51,376 nt of DNA, from the NCBI RefSeq assembly GCF_006345805.1, contig NW_021834013.1, forward strand, positions 1-51,376, given 5' to 3'. Below, piece by piece: positions 37,566 to 49,544 of this stretch. Position 1 is the stretch's first letter. Every line of letters begins with the position of its first letter. The notes under the pieces are model-generated. The model ran no database searches, was not told where the DNA came from, and was given only the letters and a program-made list of their open reading frames with translations. The translations under genes and the position numbers were made by a program. This DNA comes from Octopus sinensis. Its lineage: Eukaryota.

Positions 37566-37591
37566 TATGACTATGATTATTATTATTATTA

Positions 37592-38131
37592 TTGAGTGAG
37601 CGAGCAGAGCATGCCATCAAAGTGACACTGGGGTAAAATATACGAAGCCCAGTATACCCATCATGACTACCCGTCTGATAAGGGTACACCAGGCACATGC
37701 ATCACAACCATATGTGCGCGACATGGTGATCTCATATCAAGATAAACAGCACATGACCTTGCAGGTGGAGCCCAGTTAGAATTTTCTTCAGATCGAGTAA
37801 CCCATCCCGCTCAAAAGGTCCCTGAATAAGGATTGTTTAAGGACGTTGAACGAAACACCCATGTTTCCAGAGGTGAATTATTCAAACCCCAAGAATCCTT
37901 CTCAACACATGGCTATGATGCTCCCCCACTACTTCTGCTCGTGATCAGAGATGCACATATCGTCAGCCACTAAGGGACATGCTCAACTGGTTAAGGTCAA
38001 ACAACTGACAAGCAAATCTGTGGTATTGAGCAGAATATTTGCTGTAGCCCATCTTTTATACCAAGACAAAACAATGTACATGATAACACTTCCAATCAGT
38101 TAAGATCAGAAGCCATGAGAGCCACTGCCTG
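37592..38131 (-). mobile_element. Element D copy 2 (longest, 540 bp)
   Basis: Near-identical to copies 1 and 3; (ATT)n on both sides. Confidence 0.92.
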
Positions 38132-38195
<64 letters not shown>

Positions 38196-38197
<2 letters not shown>

Positions 38198-38712
38198 GAG
38201 TGAGAGAGCAGTTCATGCCATCAAAGTGACACTGGGGTAAACTATACGAAGCCCAATATACCCATCATGACTACCCGTCTGATTGCATCACAACCATATG
38301 TGCGCGACATGGTGATCTCATATCAAGATAAACAGCACATGACCTTGCAGGTGGGGCCCAGTTAGAATTTTCTTCAGGTTAAGTAGCCCATCCCGCTCGA
38401 ACGGTCCCTGAATAAGGGTTGTTTAAGGATGTTGAAAAAAACACCCATGTTTCCAGAGGTGAATTATTCAAACCCCAAAGAATCTCTCTCAACACATGGC
38501 TATGATGCTCCCCCACTACTTCTGCTCGTGATCAGAGATGCACATATCGTCAGCCACTAAGGGACATGCTCAACTGGTGAAGGTCAAACAACTGACAAGC
38601 AAATCTGTGGTATTGAGCAGAATATTTGCTGTAGCCCATCTTTTATACCAAGACAAAACAATGTACATGATAACACTTCCAATCAGTTAAGATCAGAAGC
38701 CATGAGAGCCAC

Positions 38713-38713
<1 letters not shown>
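38196..38713 (-). mobile_element. Element D copy 3 (~25-bp internal deletion at ~38283)
   Basis: Tandem with copy 2, separated by (ATT)n at 38132-38195; (ATT)n at 38714-38840. Confidence 0.92.
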
Positions 38714-38799
<86 letters not shown>

Positions 38800-38934
38800 G
38801 TTATTATTATTATTATTATGGTTACTATTATTATTATACAATATTTAAGTATTAATGATACTCCTCCCGTGGTAAAAGAACAATAAGAAGTGCGGCTGTT
38901 AAAAGTCGCACTCTTCTTATTGTTTCTATTATTA

Positions 38935-39029
<95 letters not shown>

Positions 39030-39030
<1 letters not shown>

Positions 39031-40040
39031 ATTGCCTTTGCACAGCTTCTAATGCTGGTGATGTACTACGGTGTCAGTTGTTCACTACCAGTGAAGTAAG
39101 GTAACACCTCTTATTTTTCGAGCACCTTCCGGAGTATTCGAGCGGTCACAAGCAGTGCTGTTTTCTGCAAGTGCTCCATCCTTATTGCAGCCCCTATTTG
39201 TTCCTCGTACTTCTCGAGATTTTTGCTCACTGTTCCCAGGGTTCCGACAATTATTGGTACTACTGCTACCTATTTCATCGACCACAATTGTTTTACCTCC
39301 CAAGCTAACCTGTCATATCTCTCAACTTTCTTCCTTATCGCAAACCTTGTTGTCGCATACCTTGTTATCTATGATCCAGCATAGTTTGTTTTCTTTCTCA
39401 ATTAAGACTATGCCTGGTTTCCTATTCTCTATCTCATGGTCGTACTGAATCCTAAAATCCCATAGGATCATTGTATTTCTATTTTCGACGATGCCTTCAG
39501 GTTTGTGGTTGTACCAATTTTTTGCTCTGTCAAGTTCATACGAGTTGCAAAGTGTCCAATGGACAATCCAGGCTATAATGTCGAGGCGTCTCATATTTCT
39601 TCTGGACTTGTGACGTACATTGGCTGGCAATATGCCATACGGTTTCACCGTTTTGTCCACAGATTCTGCACTTATCACTTTCAGCTGTGTAGTCTAGTCT
39701 GTATTTTATGTAGTTTGTTCTTAGTGCTTGCTCTTGGGCAGCTCCGATTAGAGCCTTCGTTTCCGGTTTTAAATCTGCCTGTCTTCAACATCCTCATGAA
39801 ATTGACCATACATTGTTTTCTTTACCCACCTATTTCCAGTTTCCTTCGTTTTCAATTTCTTGTATAGTGTTTTATCTTTGCAATCTTTCATCCTACACAA
39901 GCCTGATCTTCCTTCTTCTAAAAATAGCGGTTCTGTGGTATCTTTAACATACCATGCTATGTTGTTTCTTCTGCTCTAATACTGTGTTCGCATCCAATAA
40001 GTCCTCTTCCCTCTCTTTATCTTGGTAATCTCTTTATCAA
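39030..40040 (-). mobile_element. R4/Dong-type LINE, 5'-truncated (post-RT, CCHC, RLE and 3' UTR)
   Basis: GRGLIGCEHSIRAEE; IAWIVHWTLCNSYELDRAKNWYNHKPEGIVENRNTMILWDFRIQYDHEIENRKPGIVLIEKENKLCWIID; VPIIVGTLGTVSKNLEKY..ARILRKVL; (AAT)n tail at 38930-39028. Confidence 0.9.
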
Positions 40041-40044
40041 AAGT

Positions 40045-40322
40045 TTCTTTGTTGGAGTTCCTGGAGTCTTGCATGCGTAGCGGGCTTACTACCTACAGCC
40101 TACGGTACCATGATATTCGTTCTTTTCAGCTATCTAATACTATCCTCATTATTCTGGCTGTGCCAAGGTGGCAAAGCTTTTGTAATAGTTCTACTGGGCA
40201 CTGTATTCAAATTTCTTTTATATTCCTTTTGATGCCTTCTGATACTGTTCTTAAGGACCCAACAATAATTGGCAGTCTTCAACTTTTTCATAGCCGCACT
40301 ATTTCGTACTTAAGAGGGCTTG
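40045..40322 (-). mobile_element. R4/Dong-type LINE 3' end from another subfamily, directly upstream of the previous copy
   Basis: KYEIVRL..PIIVGSLRTVSEGIKRNIKEI..VELLQKLCHLGTARIMRIVLDS* followed by a distinct 3' UTR. Confidence 0.8.
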
Positions 40323-40393
<71 letters not shown>

Positions 40394-40575
40394 TCACATT
40401 CCTTGACTTTTTGCTTGTTGTTGTTGTTGTTGATATTATTATCATTATTATTATTATCACCATTATTATTATTATTATTATTATTATTATCATCATTATT
40501 ATTATTATTATAATTATTATTATTATTATTATTATTTTTTATTATTATTATTATTATCATTATTATTATTATCAC

Positions 40576-40636
<61 letters not shown>
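40323..40636. repeat. (ATCT)n followed by (ATT)n microsatellites
   Basis: Direct reading. Confidence 0.95.
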
Positions 40637-40638
<2 letters not shown>

Positions 40639-40830
40639 AGCGGTGAGTTGACAGAGCCGTTAGTACGCCAGGCAAAATGCTTAGCGGTACTTCGTCTGTG
40701 TTTACCCTACCTTCTGAGTTCAAATTCTGCCGGGGCCGACTTTGCCTTGCATCGTACCGAAGTCGATAAAATAAGTACTAGTTATGCACTGGGATCGATG
40801 ACTTCGCCTTGCTCCCTCGCCGATATTTCA
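40637..40830 (+). mobile_element. SINE family B monomer
   Basis: Head aaagcggtgagttgacaga, ctgagttcaaattctgccgg, gtcgataaaataagtac. Confidence 0.78.
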
Positions 40831-40879
40831 GCCTATGATTATTATCGTCGTTGCTGTTGTTATTGTTGTTGGTGGTGGT

Positions 40880-41100
40880 GTCGCATCGTATAAACTTCTT
40901 AGTCGGGTTTCTTCCGATTCTTTACGTCCTGACTTCAAATGTCACCGACGTCAGTTGCTCCTTTCTACTTTTCGGTTTCGATAAAAAAAAATGGAAGACC
41001 AATCACTTACTAAGATCTCTTGAATCGACGCCTCCTCCCCACATCCTTGAAATTGCTGGCCTTGTGCCGACATTTGAATTGTTGGCCTTGTGTCAGTTAT
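40880..41100 (+). mobile_element. SINE family B, degenerate, with duplicated tail
   Basis: ctttacgtcctgacttcaaat, ttcgataaa, aaattgctggccttgtgcc followed by ttggccttgtgtc. Confidence 0.55.
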
Positions 41101-41605
41101 TATAACTATCTTGTTGTTGTTGTTGTTCATTCTGTTTTGTAGCATCCTCTTCGTATCTTGCCATGGATGTTACATCGACATTTCATAACATCACTTATAA
41201 AACAAACAAGATGTCTGTCTGTGACTCATCTGTAATCTCTCTCACTGTTTCTCTGTCTGAATTGCACATATAGATACATACGCTCATATGACTTGAGTAT
41301 CCATATCAACACGTTCGTGCGCTTGCGTGTATATATGTGTATGTATGTATGCATATACATACACACAAGCATGTTTGGTTTTATGTCAGTTGTATGTATA
41401 ATTTTATGTCAGTTTGTACGTATATGAACAATTTAACTTTAAACAGGCAAATCACTGAATAGATTTTTGCAATAGCTTTCATAGCTTTCTATCAAACCGC
41501 CTTGAGAACTGATTCTGCGGTCCACCCACATCACATCTACCCGCCAGAAGAAAAAAACGCCAAGAACAGCAACAACAAAAAACCCAGCCAAATATATAAA
41601 AATAA

Positions 41606-41650
41606 ACACGTCTGAGGAAGGCGAGTCAGCCGAAACTTCAGAGTCTGTGT
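41606..41650 (+). ncRNA. Minimal type I hammerhead ribozyme candidate (canonical core)
   Basis: ACACG-U-CUGAGGA-A-GGC-GAGUCA-GCC-GAAA-CU-UCAG-AGUC^UGUGU: CUGANGA, 3-bp stem II, GAAA, 3-bp stem III, GUC triplet, 5-bp stem I with one unpaired U. Confidence 0.55.
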
Positions 41651-41675
41651 AGTTTCATTGTGAAATATATACCTT

Positions 41676-41715
<40 letters not shown>

Positions 41716-41718
41716 ACT

Positions 41719-41772
<54 letters not shown>

Positions 41773-41905
41773 ATGCTTATCGTTATATACACGCATACAC
41801 ACGTATATATATATATATGATTCTTTATAAACCCCCGCAAACACACACACACACACACACATATATATTATATATATATAATATATATACATATATATAT
41901 ACATA

Positions 41906-41936
<31 letters not shown>

Positions 41937-42030
41937 CATAAACATATCTATCTATAATGTTTATATTTATCTATACATTTATCTATATAGTTTTCTCTCT
42001 GTCTATCTCCCTCTGTCTCCTCTCTCTCTC

Positions 42031-42061
<31 letters not shown>

Positions 42062-43369
42062 GGCTGACTGTGCGTGTTTCTTTTTATTTACAAGAGTCCA
42101 GGTGCGTATGATGTCTTTCTCTAACCGAACCGATAATCACTCAACAGTTGTATTGAATTATCCAAATTTCAGTGAGGACCAAATGATACAAACATTTCTT
42201 TCAAAAGTGAAACCAATGCAAAAAGTATCTCACGAGAAAACAATAGACCAGACATCTCCCCCCCCCACACCCACACACTCACACCCACACCCACCCACCC
42301 CAACACATACCCCCCACACACATTCACACACACACAGTGACTGTCACACAATCACACACACAAATATTGATACACAACCACCGGCTCTATACACAGATGT
42401 ACACAAACATAAAAAGTGAATACAAGTCTAGATATTTCACATACTATAATGTGTGCGTATATACAAATTTTGTATACTTATATTTATTATCATATATACT
42501 ATATTTATATCATGCATCAATAAAATGTAAACTAATATTTTCTGGAAACCCTATCTATGAAGTATAGAATATATTATCTAACGGTCGGTTGCATCAAAAT
42601 AGTTTGAATTTTTTTATTAGGGAAAAATGTTCCTTTATTTCATCATTTCTTTTGATATGAAATACTTCTATAAACGAAATTCAGAAAATCAAAGAATTTC
42701 TTCTACAAAAGGAATTAGAAAAGAATCAAATTAATTTAGAAATTAATTCAAATCTGAAATTCAAGTAAGTCAATAGGAATCCTCAAGAATGGTCGAGCTA
42801 TCTGCTAGATTTGGCTGTCCTTTCGACCTCAAATCACACCCGACTGATGGCAAGACAAGCCATACTAGATGTTCTTTAATTCCAACGTCGTCTGTTTGTT
42901 GCATGAATTAGCCTTGTAATTCCATCAATAAGTGATTTACTGATTTAAAAGTAGGGCAAGGTAGCGATCTCGTTCATAGCATGCTCTCCTCCTGGTTCGA
43001 AGGCTTGGCTGCTTGAACTAAAACTAACACGACACTGTCGGAAGGTGGACCAAAACTAAGCGCCCTTCCCCTCCATTGATCTGTTGAAGCTTAGACAGCG
43101 TTACGTGACAGTCAGCTGCTGCTGGCTGTTGGAGCCTACCGGCGGGCATTTGAAGGGAAATTTTGCAGGATGGTCAGTCGCCCGCTGACATTTGTTGACG
43201 CTGTATCGAAGAAACCGCCGAACAAAAAAATGAAGAAAGAAAAAAACGCACTCAACACTAGATTTGAAGACACCTCCGAAAGTGTGTATCTGTTGGGTGG
43301 GGTAGGGTGGGATGGTCGCCACGTCGAAAACAGTAGAGGAGTAGGGGCCGAAACTGGATGTGGTTCCTT

Positions 43370-44560
43370 TCTAGCCACTGGATCCTATAAAGGAGCTGTC
43401 GAGGTAGCGATCCACGAAACGTGGTTGGAATTCCTCATCTGCTGGCTCTGTTTTTCTTCTTTCAGTTCTTGCATTCTCCAACTGTCACTCTTTGGGCAAC
43501 TCAAGCTTCCAATATTATTCTTTCTTCACTCGGCATAACATAGCTTTTACTATCCAGTATCAAAGTGTAAACAGTACATTTTGCGTTTCGTAATCCTCTA
43601 CCTCCTCCATTTCTTTCTAGGTAGACTCCTTCGGCATTACTTTTAAGCCGGTGGGCCTCGTGCATTGCATGCAACTTCCTAGTTCGATTCAAGTTCTGTA
43701 GCTCGACCTTTGTCGAAAAGTATCACAGTATTTTGATGCTGGCATAACTCTTGTACTTGCTGCTTTAATGATATTTCCTCCGTTTATTTTCATTGCGAGC
43801 ACCTTCCTTTTAGAGATTTTCTGTGTTACTTCTATTATTTCTATCGTCATGCTGTACAACGAGGTATTCGTATCCTCACTGTTCCACAGTGTTCCAATAT
43901 GCTAATCCTCGGTTTGTTGCATGAATTGGTCATGTAATTCCATTTCTTTTCTTCTCCTTGCTCTGCTGTTCTTTCCCCTGTTCTTGAATTCTACTGTTTC
44001 AATAATTTTCAGGGCTTCTCCATCTGCCTTTCTTGCAGTAATTTATGCACCAGACTTTATCTGTCAGTCTCTTTTCATAATTAACACTGCGCAGTTATTT
44101 CTCCCCAAACTACGTTCTAAGGTCCTTGTTGAATGCTCTTGATGTTTCAATCAGAGAATCCACGTCTTTTTCATATTGTGTATATAGTTTGAGGTCGTCA
44201 ATGTACAGTATGTGGTTTATTCTCACTTTGGTTTTGGTAAACCCAGAGACAAGTCTAGAATTTCTCATTGTACTTGTCTGAGTAGGCATTAATGACGAAG
44301 AGGTGTGGGGAGAGTGAGTCATCTGGAAGAACCCCGCTGCGTATTTCTCGCTGTCTAACGATTCATTTACGCATGTCACTTCTAACACTTGCAATCTCAT
44401 TGCTTTTTATTTTCCAAAAAGCTGTTTACACGCCACATTTCATGCGAGCACCCTTAGGCACTCTAAGAGCCTGGAACATTGACGTAAGACTTCCTGTAAT
44501 CTATCCAGCCAACATCTTAATTCTTCTTTCTCACTTACGCCTCATTCATGATCATCATCA
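43370..44560 (-). mobile_element. R4/Dong-type LINE reverse-transcriptase fragment (pseudogene)
   Basis: WIDYRKSYVNVP, GVFQDDSLSPHLFVI-like (frameshifted), INHILYIDDLKLY, HRLKSNAEGVYLERNGGGRGL. Confidence 0.85.
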
Positions 44561-44591
44561 TGATCATCATCATTATTGTTATTATTATTAG

Positions 44592-45207
44592 AGAGGCGAG
44601 CAGGCGGAGAGCTGCTAGAATCGTTAGCACACCGAGCGAAAGGCTTAGTGCTATTTCGTTCGTCTTCACGTTCAGAGTTCAAAATCCGCCGAAGTCGACT
44701 TTGCCTTTCATCCTTTCGCAGTCGGTAAAATAAGTACCAGTTGAATACTGGGGTCGATGTAATCGACTAAGCCCCTTCCCGAAATTTTAGGCCTTGTTCC
44801 TAAAGTAGAAAAGAGTATTTCGGCAGCGTGCTGGCAGAATCAGTAGCACATCAGGCAAACTGCTTAGCGGCATTTCATCTGTCTTTACGTTCTGATTTCA
44901 AATTCCGACAAGGACTTTGCCTTTGAGCTGGAGGTCGATAGAATTGATTACCCCCCCCACTCAAATTGCTGGCCTTGTGCCAAGACGTGAAAGGAAAGGC
45001 GGCGAGCTAGCAGAGTGGCTAGCATGCCGGTAAGATTGCTGAGCGACATTTCGTCCTCTATGTTTTGAGTTCAATTCCACCGAGGTCAACTTTATCTTTC
45101 ATCCTTTTAGGTTCGATAAAATAAGTACCAGTTGAACACTGTGGGTCGATATAATCGACGAAACCCCTTCACCAAAATTTCAGGCCTTGTGCCTATAGTA
45201 GAAGGGA
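44592..45207 (+). mobile_element. Three tandem SINE family B monomers (~44592-44815, 44816-44994, 44995-45207)
   Basis: Each has a head (ggcggagagct/ggcagcgtgct/ggcggcgagct), B-box-like gttcaaa(t)tcc and ggccttgtg tail. Confidence 0.82.
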
Positions 45208-45274
45208 TTATTATTATTATTATTACTATTTCTATTACTATTATTATTATTATATTATTATTATATATATTATA

Positions 45275-45306
<32 letters not shown>

Positions 45307-45314
45307 TATTAGTT

Positions 45315-46343
45315 ATTAGTAGTTTATTTTTATAGCGTGCTTTCACTTCACTACCGAGCGCAGCTCTGTGTGCCTTGGGTATGTGCTGTGATTTGTTGTG
45401 ATGCTCTGATGGTTATTGTATGGAAAGTGTTCTACGTAGGGATGTGTGCAATGCCTAGTAGTGCAATTTTCTGTATGTTATATGTGTTTGTAAGTCCTGG
45501 TGTTTTGTTATGTATTTGTCTGAATATTTTTATCATGCCTAATGCACCTACTATGATAGGAATTGTTTCTGTTTTCAGTTTCCACATTCTAGTTATCTCT
45601 ATTTCCAGGTCTTTGTATTTGAGAGTTTCTCCATTTCTTTTAGAGACACGTTGTCATCTGCCGGTATTGATACATCAATTAGAAGCATTTTTTTTTTCTC
45701 ATGATCTCTGACAAACGGTCTGTTGGCCTTAATTTCTCTATCTGTGTGTATCGGCATATCCCAGAGTATGGTTGCTTTCTCGTTTTCTGTGACCTTTTCT
45801 GGTGTGTGCCTATACCATCTTTTTTCTGTTGTTATTCCATAATGTTGGCATAGCTTCAAATGTATGTAGGTTCCAACTCTGTCATGTCTGTGGAATATAT
45901 TCCTTCTTAGCCAGGACTGGGCAGCTAGAGATAATATGATTTATTGTTTCTTGTCCATCTCCACATATTCTGCAGTTACTTGTAATATTTTTTCATTACA
46001 TGTTTTGGTAATTTCTGGTGGGGAGGCTTGGTCTTGTGCTGCAATTAAAAATCCCTCTGTTTCTGCTTTGAGTCCTGAGCTTCTCAACCATTGCTGGGAT
46101 TTTTCTTTGTCTATTTCTTTTGCGTTTAGTTTAGTGCAGTATTTACCATGAAGGGGCTTTTCTTGCCATCGTTTTGTCATGGCTCGTTGCTGTTCTATTT
46201 TTAGTTTGGATTTCATTTGTTTTATAGCTTTTGTTGTTTCTTCATCATCTTCTTCTTCTTCTTTGTGTTTATTAGGTGGTATGATTTCTTGTTTGTATTT
46301 GTCAGCTTCCTTAAATACTGAGAACAGTTTTTTGTTTTGCTTG

Positions 46344-46345
<2 letters not shown>
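45315..46345 (-). mobile_element. R4/Dong-type LINE, 5'-truncated, flanked by (TAA)n on both sides
   Basis: WQEKPLHGKY, WLRSSGLKAETEGFLIAAQDQA, CRICGDGQETINHIISSCP (CCHC), ILWDMPIHTDREIKANRP..LLIDVSIPAD (RLE); (ATT)n at 45208-45312 and 46347-46420. Confidence 0.92.
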
Positions 46346-46418
<73 letters not shown>

Positions 46419-46424
46419 GTCGTC

Positions 46425-46885
46425 GTTAGGTGATTGTTCTTATTATTCTTTCTTCTTCTTCCTAGTCTTCTTCTTCTTCCCCTCTCTCTTCTTATTCTTC
46501 CTCTTCTTTTCTTTCCTCCCCTTCCTCTTCTTCTTCTTCTTCCTCCCCTTCCCCTTCTTCTTCCCCTTCTTCTTCTTCCTCCCCTTCCTCTTCTTCTTCC
46601 TCCCCTTCCCCTTCTTCTACTTCTTCCTCCCCTTCCTCTTCTTCTTCTTCTTCTTCCTCCCCTTCCCCTTCTTCTTCTTCCTCTCCTTCCTCTCCTTCTT
46701 CTCCTTTTTCTTCTTCTTCTTCTTCTTCTTCTTCTTCTCCTTCTTCTTCTCCTTCTTCTTCTTCTTCTCCTTCTTCTTCTCCTTCTTCTTCTTCTTCTTC
46801 TTCTTCTCCTTCTTCTTCTTCTTCTTCTTCTTCTTCTTTCTTCTTCTTCTTCTCCTTCTTCTTCTTCTTCTCTTCTTCTTCTTCA
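46425..46885. repeat. (CTT)n/(CCT)n polypyrimidine tract (~460 bp)
   Basis: Direct reading; almost pure C/T. Confidence 0.95.
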
Positions 46886-46894
46886 GACCAAAAG

Positions 46895-47172
46895 CATCGG
46901 ATTGTTAAGTTACATATTGTTTTCTTCATTTCCGTTTTTGCGTTCGAGTACTGTCGGAGTGAACTTCAATTTGTACTCATCTGAGGTGAATAAAATCTAC
47001 AGCAGTCATAGAATTCTTCGTCACCTGAATCAACCAAGTGATTTGCATCTTCTCTGGCAAATTGATGACTTGGTGCCAGTGTAGGAAATCAAAGTTAATA
47101 TCACACTCTGTAGACTTTTGAATTTCAGATTCATTCGATAAACGAAGAATATTGGTTCTGTTATGTGCGTGC

Positions 47173-47227
<55 letters not shown>

Positions 47228-48612
47228 GCCTAAATGTTGATTAGATCTGAAACACCGTGTTTGTCATCGTGGTACGCTATGTGTGAGTAACTGACCGAAC
47301 TTTTCACGTTGATTTGTTTGTTTGTATTTTATAAGCGAATCTCAATAATGAAGTACAAGCAAAAAAAGAAAAAAAATACAAAAAAAGAGCTGAAATATAA
47401 AAAAAAACAATAACAAAAATTAAAAACAAAACAACATAAAAACTAAAAATGAAATGGAAGAAAATAAATGTTAATAAGTCAAACAAAAATTTATATATCT
47501 TTCTTTTTTTTCTTGTATTTTGGCGATAAATAAAATAAAATAAAATCAACGAAATTTAAAAGTGAAATTGAATTCAGAAATATAAACTGAGAATAAAAAC
47601 AAATAAAAGTGGAAAACAAATACAAACAAACAAATATATTGTTTATTTTTGTCTGAAATTTAGAATGATTTGATTTATTTAGTTACATCCCATTCATTAA
47701 GTTACATCAGAGCTGGAATAAAAATCAGAAAAACGAAGAGTTTCGTTGAAACTAATATCGAAGGATCGTAGATGTGTCTGCTACATATTCTCTCCTGTGT
47801 CTGTAACTGTGTTTAGTCTTGTTATGTTGATTGCTAACCGTCGTCTGAACCCGAATTACTGGAAGATCATGTGACCAGAAAGAAGGTGATTGCGGTTTAG
47901 GTTCTCTTCGGGCTTTGTTTCACTCTGACCACGGCCGTTCTTGCAATGTTCTATCCTGCGTCGATAAATGCTTTTGAATTGTCTGGTCTTGATTTCTAAC
48001 CATTGTTGCAATCCAAAATATTCAAGGCCTTCCTGATTGGGGTGAAACTTCGTGCCTGGAGGTTGGAGCGTTTCACTCGCGGTTTCGACTCCCGGATCGA
48101 ACAGTGTGTCATGTTCTTGAGCAATACTCTTCATTTAACATTGCCCCTTGACTATAGAGGAGTAAACTCCGAGACAGACCGACATCCTGCTTAGATCGTT
48201 TGTTGCGACTTCGGTCTTTTATACACCATGTAAGCAGTGTAACCGATTCTATAAGTCCCAGAAGATGCGATAGAACTTTACTTTTCGACATGTGATCGGG
48301 AAGAAGATTGTTTTAGTTTCAAGTCTTTTAAAGTCCAAACCAAGCTTAATTGAGCTATCACCACGCTATTTAAACCACATTATAAATACGACATTTTAGA
48401 TTTAATAATCTTATTGATGATTTTTGATGGTTCGTTTATAGATGAGTACAGTGTGATATTAACTTTGATTTCTTAATTGGCACCAAGTTACCAAATTGCA
48501 AGAGCAGATGCGATGCTCTAGATTTTATTGAACTCTGTTGAGTACAAATTAAAGTTCGCTCCAGCGGTATTTAAACGCAAAAGAGAAAGAAAACCATGAC
48601 GTAAGTAAACAT
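46895..48612. repeat. Diverged inverted repeat pair (46895-47145 versus 48430-48612)
   Basis: Shared blocks ttcgtttat, gtgtgatattaactttgatttc, tggcaccaagt, tagattttatt, tgagtacaaatt.aagttc.ctcc and aacgcaaaa, in opposite orientation. Confidence 0.75.
48050..48190 (+). mobile_element. Degenerate tRNA-derived SINE (family A-like)
   Basis: cgcggtttcgactcccgg...gtgtgtcatgttcttgagcaatactcttcatt resembles 2305-2370. Confidence 0.5.
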
Positions 48613-48619
48613 AAGGGAA

Positions 48620-48975
48620 CTATGATGTTGGTGGTGGTGATGGTAGTGGTGGTGGGGATTGTGGTGATGGTGATGACGGAGTAGCTGATGATAGTGGCGA
48701 CAACGACGACGATGACGATGATGATGATGATGTCGATGGTGAGGGTGACGATGACGACGATCATGATAATGAAAATGTTGACTATGTTGATGGTGATGTT
48801 GATGGTGATGATGATGACGATCATCATGATGATAATATGATGGTGATGGTGATGTTGACGACAATGACGACAACGACGTCGACGACGGCGGTTGTGGTGG
48901 TGGTGGTGAGGATGATTATGATGATTATGATGGTGGTGGTGGTGGTGTTGGTGCTGGTGGTGTTGGCGGTGATAG
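48620..48975. repeat. (GAT)/(GGT)/(GAC) triplet mosaic
   Basis: Direct reading. Confidence 0.9.
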
Positions 48976-49544
48976 TAATAAAGAAAAATAATTCTATTCT
49001 GCGCCTAAGAGGGAATGTTACCTTCTGTATTTTGCTCCTCGGTACAAAACATGCGAACGATAGTTAAAAATGAATAAATAAATAAATGAAATAAAGGGTC
49101 AACGAAGGAGCGCCTGCCTGGTCATCGTATCCGCTAGAAATAGCAGTTACAGCCCATTCAGATACCACACTATCACAGCATCTGAACGATCGACAGGACG
49201 AACCATCAAAAGAACCACAATGTAGTCATTGGAACTGCTAAAGATAACCGCAAGATGCCCCCTCAGAATACACTCTATCAATGTCTGTACAATAGGCAAG
49301 AGGAACCGAGAAAAACAATATTTGGTCATTTGATCTGTTATAAACAATAGTCAAATGTCTTTCAAATTACACCCTATTACAACATCACAACGATAAGTAA
49401 GACAAGTCAAGGAGAGAAACGTTACGTGGTCACCAGCTCCGCTAGAAATACCAACAAGTGACACTTCAATGATATGCTGTCACAGTATGTGGGCGCTTGT
49501 CATGACAAACGAAAGAGAGAACCAAGATATCCCACATTAAATAT

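Noticed and set aside
46990-47060. FFAT-like peptide DSGDEEFYDC, and an in-frame TGA shared by both inverted arms (selenocysteine idea)
   Set aside because: The FFAT-like segment is deleted in the partner arm, its frame closes quickly, the substitution pattern favours another frame, and no SECIS is evident.
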